A DNA stretch of 64,000 nt from Ascidiaceihabitans sp. Lineage in GTDB: Bacteria; Pseudomonadota; Alphaproteobacteria; Rhodobacterales; Rhodobacteraceae. Positions 52,002 through 62,073 of the stretch are shown piece after piece. Numbering within the stretch: position 1 is the stretch's first letter; each line of letters opens with the position of its first letter. The DNA lies in the NCBI GenBank assembly GCA_028388995.1, contig JAOEQC010000001.1, forward strand, positions 2,293 through 66,292. Reading direction: 5' to 3'. Both the position numbers and the translations under genes were made by a program. The notes below the pieces were generated by a model. It did not search any database and was not told the DNA's origin. It saw only the letters and a list, made by a program, of their open reading frames with translations.

Positions 52002-55000
52002 AACTCAAAACCTTTGTAAATATTGCGCTGATAGTTTTTGTACTTGCCGTGATGGGACAAGTGTTATGGATAGGTTTGCATTGGTCAGGTGACACGCTGA
52101 CGCAAAAGGGGGCTCTTATTTGGAGTGCTGTCCTAATAGGTTTAACCTTGGTCACGGCGTTCTCTGTTATCCTTCTGCGCAAGCGCATTTGGATTCACGA
52201 TACGGGTACTGAGCAATGGGAACAACTGACACGCGTCGCGAGAAACCAGTTTAATCAAGCCCGTGGGCGCTCGCGCGTGATAGATAAGTCACCAATTACT
52301 GTACCTTGGTATCTTTTTATTGCCAATGAAAAATCGGAGTGCTCCACCGCAATGGTGGAGATGGGATATGTCGTATTCGGTGACCCGCTGCTGCATGATG
52401 GGCTGTCAATCACGACTTGGACATCACCAACAGCAATCGCTTATCGGATTGAGATCAGCGCAGGCAGCGACACACCTTTTGATCTCATAGAGTACGTGTT
52501 GAAGCTCCTGTATAGGAACCGCCCATCCTTAGCGGTGAACGCAGCTTTTGTTGAATGTGAGTTGGCCGGATTGATGCAGACAGATAGCGTGGAGAATAGT
52601 ACTGTCTCTGTGATTAATCGTATCTTTAATGTCGCTGTCTTTGAGTTTGGGATCGACTTGCCAGTTCATATTCTTCTTGTTGGGTTGGAGCATTTCCTTG
52701 ACCTGTCGCGGAGCGCAATTCTGACACAGAAAATTGGAGATTCAGAAATTTTTGGTGGGTTTTTGCCCCTTGAAGGCGACAGCGTTGAGGCGCGAATTGA
52801 TGCCCTTTTTGAAGATATGATCAGGGCCTTGAATGATGCTCGTCTGCCTGCCTTGCAAAAGCAGTTAGCACCTGAATTTTGCGCGTCACTGCTGAACGGG
52901 CCAACTCAGTTGGCATTGGTTCAGATCCGCCTGCGTGACCGAGCAGTCGCCCTGACACAACCATTGCCACCACGCCGTCATCCACTTGATCTGCACAGTG
53001 TCGTATTTGTTGGTGCGAGTGTGACAATGCCGGCAGTTGATCCATTAAGCCAGGTGATTGGGCAGCGTTATTTTGGCGAGCCGCCTATCGACACTTATGC
53101 TGAAGTGTCACCTAGTGGTGTCACAAGAGGGAACGCGAGACTGGTGGCACAAGCTTATCACCGTGAAGGTTTCAGGGTTAAGCCTAACACGCGTCAAAAG
53201 GTGCAAATTGGACTCAGACGCTTAATTTGGTCACTTTCGCTTGTCGGTGTTGTTGCAGCCTTTGGTGCGCTCTTGTTTGACAACTTTCGCGCTTACAGTC
53301 AGGTGAATGATAGTCTGAAAGTGGCTTTTACTGCCTACTACGATGAAATTGGTAAAGTAGGCACCGACTCTGATAAATTGTTAGATCGTGTTCGGCTCCT
53401 GCAGCCGCTGCGTACCGGGCTTGAGGATTATCAAGTTGTGGCAAATACTTGGCACCGACGTTTACTGCCAAATGGGTCTTTGGAAGACACGTTCCAAAAA
53501 ATGTATGATCAAGAATTGCTCGAGGGGTTTCAAGCAACACTGGTCAGATATATTGATGAGGAAACCCTTGCTTTCGGTATGCTGGAAAATGGAGTTATGC
53601 TGATCCGCGCTGCCTCGGTTTCACTACAATTTCACTCCAACCAAAAAACCTATAGTAAGCAACTGGCCGAATACTTCCAGAAAGGTCTTGAGGCTAACGG
53701 TGAAACAAGTGAGCTTCAGACCAGTTTTCTGGACACGCTGCAAGATCTATTCACGCTGAACCAACCGCCCACGATCCCCGAAAAGACGGTCAAACTCGTT
53801 GCGGAAACATTGTCTGAATTTGACACTGCTGAACTTCTTTACAAATCTCTCATGCTCAGGCCCGCCTACTCGGATATGATCAATCTGGAGCAACGGCTAG
53901 GACCCCATGCAGGTGAAGTATTTAGCGTAACGTCAAAGGACCCCAAAAACCCGAAGTCAGACGAGCAGATGTATTCCATGCCACGTGCCTACACGCAGGA
54001 TGGGTTCAACGCCTTTTTTAAGGATGGAGAGATACCAGAGTTGGGTCGGATGATCCATAATTACGAAGAAATTATCGGCCTTCTTGATGAAGCAGAGATC
54101 AACGCAATTAAGCGCAAAGTGGCACAAGCGTATACCACTGATTATATCAACCATTGGTCAGATTTTATCGATGCGCTCGGCTTGCGTGAGATTGATGACT
54201 GGGCGGATGCCGAGGCCATGATGAAGGTCCTGATAAGCCCAGCAGAAAACCCGCTCACTCGGCTAACGCAAACGTTTCAAGGCAATCTTGATATCCCTGT
54301 TTGGCAGCCTGCTGCAGCTGTCACAACTACAGATTCGGGTGTGGCGCCAGAGCCTAACGCTCGAATCTCTGCTGCATCTAAAGCGAATATCGAAGCTGCG
54401 GCAGCGTTTAAAATCCGCAGGGCTTTTCGCCCTTATTTGGAGGCTGCAGAACGCAACGCTGATGACAAAAATGAATATGATGTCTTTCTGCAATACGCTG
54501 CTGATGTGCATCGTTGGCTGGTAGAGGCTGCAGGCGCTGCCAATGGGATGGGACCCTACCTGTTTGAGCAATTTAAGGCCCCTAATCAAGCTAGCACACT
54601 GGCGATATTCAACGCTTTTGTCTTGCGCTCTGACATTGAACTGATCCGCAAATTCGGGCGCAATCTGGCTACCAAACTGGATGCGCAGGCGATGAGCTTC
54701 ATCTATGAATACATAGACAGACAGTGGATGCAGCAGATCCTCGTGCCCCATGGCAGGACACTTCAAAGTAGTTTCCCCTTTGCCTCGGGCTCGGACATGT
54801 CACTAATCGAATTTGCTGACCTCTTCGCGCCTGAAGGTAAGCTTTTGAACTTCGAGCTCACCTATCTTACGCCGTTTCAGGCTCCCAATGGCTCCTACCG
54901 CCCACGCGTTACTTTCCTAGCGTCCGGCAGTGCCGAGCCTTTGGTTCAAGCACGGCAAGCCTTTATTCGGTTTAATCAAATTTCTGAAGCTATGTTTGTG

Positions 55001-55459
55001 GACGGCAAGCCGTACCTCGCATTCAAGATACGGACGGGATATCTCGAACCCTCGCTTAGTAAGCTTACGATTTCGTCAGGAATTACTTTGCATCAATACA
55101 GGCATGGTCCAGTATTTTGGGCTGAGCAGACGTGGCCTGCTGCAGGGATCCAAAACAGTGATTTGCAACTACGAATATTTCAGCGGTCGCGCGCTGTCCT
55201 GAATGATAGTTACGCTGGCCCGTGGTCCTGGTTTCGGCTATCACGCAGCGGAGATGTCATCCTGAAACCCGACCTTGGTTTGGCGGAGGCTACGTTTGCC
55301 GTCACTGATGGTATCGCAAAGCTCCAATTTGACGCGCAGCGGCGGCACAACCCGTTTGCTCCAGGCTTCTTCTCAAAATTTGATTTACCTATATCACTTT
55401 TTGAAAATGAACATAATCCTGTATTGGTTGGCAGCTCTTCTCTGGTGGAAAACCAATAA
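51998..55459 (+). CDS. tssM: T6SS membrane protein TssM/IcmF
   Basis: N-terminal TMs, PWYL, YTTDYINHW, FPF, FAPEG, GPWSWFRL. Confidence 0.9.
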   Translation: MKLKTFVNIALIVFVLAVMGQVLWIGLHWSGDTLTQKGALIWSAVLIGLTLVTAFSVILLRKRIWIHDTGTEQWEQLTRVARNQFNQARGRSRVIDKSPITVPWYLFIANEKSECSTAMVEMGYVVFGDPLLHDGLSITTWTSPTAIAYRIEISAGSDTPFDLIEYVLKLLYRNRPSLAVNAAFVECELAGLMQTDSVENSTVSVINRIFNVAVFEFGIDLPVHILLVGLEHFLDLSRSAILTQKIGDSEIFGGFLPLEGDSVEARIDALFEDMIRALNDARLPALQKQLAPEFCASLLNGPTQLALVQIRLRDRAVALTQPLPPRRHPLDLHSVVFVGASVTMPAVDPLSQVIGQRYFGEPPIDTYAEVSPSGVTRGNARLVAQAYHREGFRVKPNTRQKVQIGLRRLIWSLSLVGVVAAFGALLFDNFRAYSQVNDSLKVAFTAYYDEIGKVGTDSDKLLDRVRLLQPLRTGLEDYQVVANTWHRRLLPNGSLEDTFQKMYDQELLEGFQATLVRYIDEETLAFGMLENGVMLIRAASVSLQFHSNQKTYSKQLAEYFQKGLEANGETSELQTSFLDTLQDLFTLNQPPTIPEKTVKLVAETLSEFDTAELLYKSLMLRPAYSDMINLEQRLGPHAGEVFSVTSKDPKNPKSDEQMYSMPRAYTQDGFNAFFKDGEIPELGRMIHNYEEIIGLLDEAEINAIKRKVAQAYTTDYINHWSDFIDALGLREIDDWADAEAMMKVLISPAENPLTRLTQTFQGNLDIPVWQPAAAVTTTDSGVAPEPNARISAASKANIEAAAAFKIRRAFRPYLEAAERNADDKNEYDVFLQYAADVHRWLVEAAGAANGMGPYLFEQFKAPNQASTLAIFNAFVLRSDIELIRKFGRNLATKLDAQAMSFIYEYIDRQWMQQILVPHGRTLQSSFPFASGSDMSLIEFADLFAPEGKLLNFELTYLTPFQAPNGSYRPRVTFLASGSAEPLVQARQAFIRFNQISEAMFVDGKPYLAFKIRTGYLEPSLSKLTISSGITLHQYRHGPVFWAEQTWPAAGIQNSDLQLRIFQRSRAVLNDSYAGPWSWFRLSRSGDVILKPDLGLAEATFAVTDGIAKLQFDAQRRHNPFAPGFFSKFDLPISLFENEHNPVLVGSSSLVENQ

Positions 55460-55643
55460 TGCAGAACAGTTTCCATTGTTTAAGACTGCTAAACGCTCTA
55501 TGTTACCGTGCCATTACAGGCGAAATAAATTGAAATTGATTTATGATCTATGGCCGTAACCCTTGGGGCAAAAATATCATTTACGTTCTCTGAAAATCAA
55601 CGTACTTCGCTCCCGCTATGATTTTAGTGTTAAAGGTACACTC

Positions 55644-56433
55644 ATGAGTAAATATGCAACGGATTTAGGCGAAAATATCCCTTGGGTAATAGCAAGCACT
55701 TTTTGCGGCTTTAGCGTCGATGATAAAACTATTCGTGCCGCCTACGATGACACAGGCGGTGAGGTTGACGACTTTAATGTCAAGGCACCGTCCAATCCGC
55801 TTTTCGTAAGTCACGGCTTCACGGATGGACGGTTACCTCGGTCCGTCAAGTACATGACCCATCGCACATTTTAAAAAGCGGGGGGGACCGCCCTCGTCTA
55901 ATGTAGGCGATCTTGCGTCTCAGGTTAAAAAGGTAGACGTTTCTGGCAATTTGCTTCACGGTAATGTAAATGGATCGACCGCAGCCCACATAAAAATGCT
56001 GCGTGGCATTGCCATGAAGTATCCCCGCAATTCAACCGTTCGTAAATGGGTGGCGACATGTATGGTCGCCAAATCGGCTAAAGCGGGCATACGTGGAACT
56101 AAGTTAGTCGGGGCGGCTATTCCCATCGGAGCGTTGGGTATGGCAATAAATGTAATCGCAAATTTAGGGCGTGCGGGTGTGCAGATGAATTGCGGAACCG
56201 TCGTTAACTTGGTTGCTATGAAGCTGCACTGGCGTGCAAACGTCTAACTGCGACTATCGGGTGTGGGTGGTGGAAAAATCAAAACAAAGGTAAATAATCC
56301 GGCCAGTGCAGTCATGTTTGAGATTCTCCGGCTCCGTGGTGCCACCCGTTTCTTTGTTCAATATGATGTTGCTAACATTATTTCGAAATCTGGTGGTTGG
56401 CTCGTTTTGCGCGATAAGTTATTTTTGATGTAA
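55644..56433 (+). pseudogene. T6SS-adjacent hypothetical protein of about 260 aa, disrupted
   Basis: Three contiguous coding pieces joined by a net +1 shift near 55870-55890 (T4/A5/G7 runs) and read-through of TAA 56245; ends GGWLVLRDKLFLM*. Confidence 0.65.
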
Positions 56434-56472
56434 TGATCTAATAGTTTCTGCAAGAGAGGCCGCTAAACCGCA

Positions 56473-57003
56473 ATGCAAAACAAACGTATCATATGGAGGG
56501 GGCAACCAGCGGCTGAACGCGTTGCTCGTAACTTGTCAGAACGAGAGCGACTTAACCGAGAATACGAAATGTTGACGCTTTTTGGTGGTGTTCACGCGCC
56601 CAAAGTTTTGTGTTACGAAAATAGTGCAGGCTCAGTCCGTCTCGTCCGCAGTTGGTTAGAAGGTTCTACGCTGGATCAAGTAACCCACTGTGAAAGGGCT
56701 CAGCTTATTATAAGATTACGCGTTATGCTCTGGAAAATTCATCAAGCTGGCTGGATTCACGGTGACTTGAAGCCTGAGAACATCGTCTCTGCATCAACAG
56801 GACCGGTTTTGATTGACTGGGAGCATGCAGCACCTATTGGGGCTGAGGTAAGTAGGCTGTCTGCCCGTGCTGTGACTATCGGTATGACACATCCTGACTT
56901 GATTTGGGGACGTGGGCATGTTCGGAGTAGGTTTGATATCTATGCCCTAGACCAAATTGCAGCTGCATCGATCGATTACAGTGGCTTTATTAGACAACAC
57001 TAA
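56473..57003 (+). CDS. Minimal Ser/Thr protein kinase-like protein
   Basis: IHGDLKPENI catalytic loop, LIDW, DIYAL. Confidence 0.8.
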   Translation: MQNKRIIWRGQPAAERVARNLSERERLNREYEMLTLFGGVHAPKVLCYENSAGSVRLVRSWLEGSTLDQVTHCERAQLIIRLRVMLWKIHQAGWIHGDLKPENIVSASTGPVLIDWEHAAPIGAEVSRLSARAVTIGMTHPDLIWGRGHVRSRFDIYALDQIAAASIDYSGFIRQH

Positions 57004-57653
57004 ATGAGATGAGTATGGCAAACTTGCAGCTTCGTCCAATGACAAATCCCTCTCTACTTAGCTACCTCAAAACCAGCACTTAAGTCATTCAACTTGCAGT
57101 CATGCTGTATGTTCGTTTCCCGCTTTCTTTCGCAACGTTGAGGACCGTCTTCATTAGCGAGGCGTTGACGTAAGTCATGCAGCAAAGCCCAGTAGTAGCT
57201 CTGCTACGCTATGCACCTCATGTGCCTCATATGAAAACCTAATCCCCGTTTTTGCAGACTAAAATTAATGGATGTTCCATCAGCTTGCATGCGTTATGTC
57301 AATTAGTTGATTAGGATTTTACGCCATCTACTTCCTAACTGTTCAAATTTTGGACACTATTAAGTCATTGACGTTAATTTGAAAAAAGTTGATTAATTTT
57401 GTAAAACAAATTGTGGCACCATACCTCGTTCAATAAATTCATTAGACCTATTGGCTTTTGAAGTATTATCAGAGATTTAATTCTTGCCCTCTCTTGTAGC
57501 ATCATTGCCTTGGGAGGGCTGCGGTATTCATGGTGTCCAGCGTATTAAGTAATTTGATTAGTGATGTGTGCATCACTGAAATACCAACGACTACTATACC
57601 TATAGTACCGATAATTTTGTCTTATCGCTTTGAAATCAGATTAAGCGTTTGAG

Positions 57654-59060
57654 ATGAAAAAAATCAATAATATGAAAATGCGACATGCAGTAACAGCTGA
57701 GCATAGCCTTAAAAATCGCATCCGAGGTTGGGCAATGTTTGATTGGGCAACACAACCTTTTTATACGCTGGGTCTTACCTTCATTTTTGGCCCCTATTTC
57801 GCAAGTGTTTCGGCGGATTACTTTTTGAATACTGGGCTCGATCAAGGTAGCGCCGATGCAAGAGCGCAAATGATTTGGTCTTGGGGGCAAGCTGTTGCAG
57901 GCTTCTTCGTTGCTATAATTGGTGTTTTTGCAGGTGCCTACGCCGATAGCACCCATCGCCGGATGCCATGGCTTTGGGCCAGCTCGGCTGTCTTTGTAGT
58001 TTGCTCTTGGTCATTATGGTATATGGTTCCGGATGGTTCAGCAATGTGGTCTTCGCTCATTATATTTTCAATCGCTTTCGTTGCAGCTGAGTTGGCGGTC
58101 GTGTTCACAAACGCGGTGCTGCCTAGCCTTGGAAATCGACATGACATAGGTGAAATTTCAGCAAATGGCGCAGCTTTGGGCTATCTTGGAGGTATTTTAA
58201 GTCTAATTATCATGCTATTTTTCTTCTTCGATGAAGGTGGCAAAACATTTATGATTGGCCTTTTGCCAGGGTTTGGATTGCTCGATGCCGGGTCTCGTGA
58301 AGGAACGCGCGCAGTGGGGCCATTGATCGCAATTTGGTATACAGTCTTTATGATACCTTTCTTTGCGTGTGTGCATGAAGATAAATCGTCAATTAAACAT
58401 GGAGGATTGCGACAAGCCATGGCTTCACTGAAGCTGTCACTTCAGGGTCTAGTCAAACGCCAAAGCCTATTCGCCTTCTTAGGGGCCCAGATGTTTTACC
58501 GGGATGCACTAAATGGTCTTTATGCCTTCGGCGGAATTTATGCTGTGCTGATACTCGGCTGGGGACAAACGCAGCTTGGAGTTTTTGCAGTAATCGGTTG
58601 CATCTCAGCCGTTCTGGTCACTTGGGTGTCCGGAAAATATGATCGCAAATTTGGGCCACTTCCTGTGATCTACTTCCACATTTATATCTTGATTGCCGTT
58701 TCTCTTTGCATGATTGGCTTGTCTCGTACCAGCTTTTACGGTTTTGGCTTTACCGCAGGGTCAACGCTACCAGACGTAATGTTTTACATATTTGGCTTGG
58801 CGATTGGCGGATCTGGTGGGGGAATTTATGCAGCCAGTCGTTCGATGATGTTCCGCCACACCAATCCAGACCGTCCAAACGAGTCTTTTGGCCTCTTTTC
58901 CCTTGCAGGCAAAGCCACTGCATTTCTAGCGCCACTCCTTATTGGAATATTTACATTTTTGCTAAATGATGCTGCTTTAGGGTTTCTTCCTGTTGTGGGA
59001 TTGTTCGTTGTTGGTATGTTATTGCTGCGCTGGGTTAGCGCAGACGGTGATCAAACCTAA
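57654..59060 (+). CDS. MFS transporter, Atg22/UMF1-like family
   Basis: GWAMFDWATQPF, GAYAD, ASRSMM, FGLFSLAGKATAF; multiple TMs; start could be 57672 or 57678. Confidence 0.9.
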   Translation: MKKINNMKMRHAVTAEHSLKNRIRGWAMFDWATQPFYTLGLTFIFGPYFASVSADYFLNTGLDQGSADARAQMIWSWGQAVAGFFVAIIGVFAGAYADSTHRRMPWLWASSAVFVVCSWSLWYMVPDGSAMWSSLIIFSIAFVAAELAVVFTNAVLPSLGNRHDIGEISANGAALGYLGGILSLIIMLFFFFDEGGKTFMIGLLPGFGLLDAGSREGTRAVGPLIAIWYTVFMIPFFACVHEDKSSIKHGGLRQAMASLKLSLQGLVKRQSLFAFLGAQMFYRDALNGLYAFGGIYAVLILGWGQTQLGVFAVIGCISAVLVTWVSGKYDRKFGPLPVIYFHIYILIAVSLCMIGLSRTSFYGFGFTAGSTLPDVMFYIFGLAIGGSGGGIYAASRSMMFRHTNPDRPNESFGLFSLAGKATAFLAPLLIGIFTFLLNDAALGFLPVVGLFVVGMLLLRWVSADGDQT

Positions 59061-59532
59061 TGCGAAGCCTTTTCTGCGCCATCACATTAACACGACCCCT
59101 CTAATAGCCAAATTGCAATTGTGCTAACAGCGTGAGCGCACCTTTAAGGTGGCAAGGAAGAGCGTTAGGTAGGGCATTGCGTGATCATGATACCTTGCAG
59201 CTAGGGATTTTATGTTTAAGTCCACTAATAAGAAATTAATGTGGAAATTTTATATAAGTTGCAAAAATTACATCTCTTCTGAGCAGGTCCAATCTCAAAA
59301 ATTATTTAGGATTTGTCATTTTGTCTTTCAGAGTTTGAGAGGGCGAAGTAATTACCTCAGCCCAGTGGAGTAACGTATGATGTCAGTCAATTAAAAACGG
59401 TTTAGTGTATCCAGGGACTATATTTTCAGATTTTAAATCTCCACAGATCCAAAAAACTTCATGCACTAACGTTAGATCTAAATCATCCAAGTGGGTCTGC
59501 TTTAAATGTAAGTAAATTGGAATATCCATTAA

Positions 59533-59556
59533 TGGGAACTTGATTCCCAAATTTGG
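59533..59556 (-). promoter_or_regulatory. Inverted third copy of the element core, upstream of lysR
   Basis: Reverse complement CCAAATTTGGGAATCAAGTTCCCA matches copy 2 at 23/24. Confidence 0.8.
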
Positions 59557-59627
59557 ACACTGCTGCTGACTGGTGTGCAGCAAATCATAAGCATACACTT
59601 TATGCCTACCTTAGATGGATTATATAA

Positions 59628-60539
59628 ATGAGTAAGATTAACAAAATTCAATCTCCAAATTTGGAGTATCTGCGATCTTTTCATCAAGTTTGTATTTCTG
59701 GTTCGATTTTAGCAGCTGTAAAAGATACTGGAGTTCCTAGAGCAACCCTGAGTAGACATATTACTGCATTAGAAACCGATCTCTCGTCCATCTTATTTAT
59801 AAGAGGGTCCTCAGGCTTTATTAAAACAGAACTGGGAGAAACTGTATTTGAGTATGCTGAAAGTATTTTTGAAAAAGCAACAGGTTTATCTGAAGCAGTC
59901 TTAGCTCATAACTTAGAGCTTTTGGGGCCTATCAAAATAGTAGCAAGCAGCGGTATTGCGTCCGCTATATTGCCTTCAATCGTGGCCAATATTAATTTTG
60001 CATCAGATGGTCTGCAGTTGGAGATAATCCCAATGAATTCGGTTAATATGGATAGCAAGGAAAACGCAGATATTGCGATTCAAACCTACAGGCCAATACG
60101 TAAAGATTTGATTGCGAGAAAACTAGGTGAAATAGAATATGGGATCTACGCGTCTACGAAATACATTAATAAAAAAGGAGCTCCCCAATCCTTAGAGGAA
60201 CTTAAGGAACATTTTATTGTGGGCACTATTCCCGAAACGTTAAAACAAAAATGTAAAGTGACTTACGGACAAGAATTACTCGAACATGAAAATTCAATTA
60301 AATGTCAAGATTACCCACTAATTTGGCAATTGGTAGCCGCAGGATGTGGCATTGGAATGACTCATCGCATCCAAGGAGACGCTGATCCAACTGTAAAGCG
60401 TATTCTGACAGAATTAAAAACCTTCAAGTTGCCAGTCTGGTTGGTAGCACAACCTGACCTAAAAAAACGTGCACGGCTCAAATTAGTATATAATAGCTTA
60501 GCAGATCAGCTACGAGCAAAATTGAAAGATTCTGCTTAA
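59628..60539 (+). CDS. LysR-family transcriptional regulator
   Basis: HTH GSILAA...RATLSRHITALE..LFIR, ADIAI, GCGIG; strongly AT-rich. Confidence 0.92.
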   Translation: MSKINKIQSPNLEYLRSFHQVCISGSILAAVKDTGVPRATLSRHITALETDLSSILFIRGSSGFIKTELGETVFEYAESIFEKATGLSEAVLAHNLELLGPIKIVASSGIASAILPSIVANINFASDGLQLEIIPMNSVNMDSKENADIAIQTYRPIRKDLIARKLGEIEYGIYASTKYINKKGAPQSLEELKEHFIVGTIPETLKQKCKVTYGQELLEHENSIKCQDYPLIWQLVAAGCGIGMTHRIQGDADPTVKRILTELKTFKLPVWLVAQPDLKKRARLKLVYNSLADQLRAKLKDSA

Positions 60540-60716
60540 TCAAGTTTTGGGTGAGCAAGCTCAAGGCGGAGGCTTGTAACGGTTGTTAGGACGCCTGTGT
60601 GATACTCAAGTCCTTCAGTGATGATGCTGGTAACACACGCCGCTCGAGCACTGTTCGTTGGAAAGAACACATGACGCTTAAAGGCGCTGCAGAAGCCTTC
60701 TCCACAGTGGGTCGTA

Positions 60717-61426
60717 TTAGTTTAGGCCATCAAGACATCGCGTTGTAAAACTATGAAGAAGCCAGCTTTCGGGCAGGACACCTTCTGCCTTGAGGCTATG
60801 CACTTTGAACCCGACTGACCGTAATTCACTTAGAAAGTGTTTTGGATTAAAAAGCTGGTAATTCAAGTTCATCGGGACGTCATCGACTCGCGACTATAGT
60901 TTGCGAGACCATCAAGAACTCCTTTCTTCTGTTCTTTACGAAACCGACGCGCAATATTGGGGACCGAAATCAACAGATGTCCAGTATCTGGGGTTAGCGC
61001 GCCGTGCATACGGCGCAGCGCCGAGGCCCGCTCGGTTGGATCGGTAATATGATCGAGCACCCCAAACAGACAAAGGACGAGGTTGACCTGCCCATGGCTG
61101 GTGAGATGATCATCGAGATCATCTGTTGCAGGTCCAACGAGGGTAACTGTTTCCCAAGCTATTGCGGCGGCCCGTTCGCGTACCAATGCCAGGGCTACGG
61201 GGCTAACTTTAAAGCCGACTGCTCGTGTTACATGTTCACGCAATGTGAATAAATACCACCCGCTACCGCAGCCGTAGTCCAAGACACTGGCTGCTGGTTC
61301 CAAATACTTCTTAATGCGACGCCACATGCTTCGGTTCGGAGTCGGATAACGTTGATCATAATAGCCAGACTTATAGTAAGTTTGGTACGAATTGCGTTTC
61401 TGCGTCGCCTTTGGTTTGGTCTGCAT
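60717..61426 (-). pseudogene. Class I SAM-dependent methyltransferase, frameshifted
   Basis: VLDYGCGSG motif I; C-terminus (DVPMNLNYQLF...AEGVLPESWLL) continues in another frame from about 60885. Confidence 0.75.
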
Positions 61427-61453
61427 TTTGACCAGTTGAGTTTCTATGATAAG

Positions 61454-61685
61454 TCAATTTAGTGACACCGCTCCTGCTCCAAGCGCGCCCTCAAGTTTAA
61501 TCCGCCAAGCTACATCGCGCAGGTTATTTATTAGCGTGCGGTCAATGTCGCTGCGGATATCTTCGGACACTGAAGCGCGCGATATGCCCCAGCCAATGGG
61601 CTCGTTGAGAAATGCACTAGGTAAGACTCCAATCTGCTGTTCGTAATTTTGGCGGCTCAAATACGTCAGCGCAACCCTATCACCC
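61454..61685 (-). pseudogene. C-terminal remnant of a family 3-like solute-binding protein
   Basis: GDRVALTYL...EPIGWGI...DIDRTL; 5' part replaced by an IS fragment. Confidence 0.55.
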
Positions 61686-62027
61686 CCAAACCCAAGGCAA
61701 GATTGAACGTTGGCATCAAACCCTGAAGAACCGCATTCTGCTCGAGCACTACTTCTTGCCAGGTGACCTCGAATCTCAGATTGAAACCTTTGTCGATCAT
61801 TACAATCATCGGCGCTACCATGAGAGCCTGAACAACGTCACGCCGTCTGATGTCTATTTCGGTCGGGACAAAGCCATCCTAAAACAAAGGGAAAGGATCA
61901 AACGAAAGACACTTGAAACGCGACGCTTGCATCACAGATAACGCGCCGCATAATGAAACCAACCAGATGAGCCGAACTCTCTCGTAGTTTAAGCCGCCAT
62001 TGGCTCCAAATACCCTGACGGCAGACA
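61675..62027 (+). mobile_element. IS remnant (integrase-core transposase C-terminus and right end; IS3/IS481-like)
   Basis: PYHPQTQGKIERWHQTLKNR...YNHRRYHESLNNVTP; terminal ...CTGACGGCAGACA. Confidence 0.85.
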
Positions 62028-62073
62028 ATGTTTTAAGGATGTGAGTGTCAATAATAACTCAGACATAAAGTCG

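Noticed and set aside
59383-59598. 71-aa ORF divergent from lysR
   Set aside because: Overlaps the operator-like element, and has no RBS or motif.
61259-61269. CCCGCTACC as an attR copy of the tRNA-Gly 3' end
   Set aside because: Too short, and it encodes the methyltransferase GxGxG motif; chance match.
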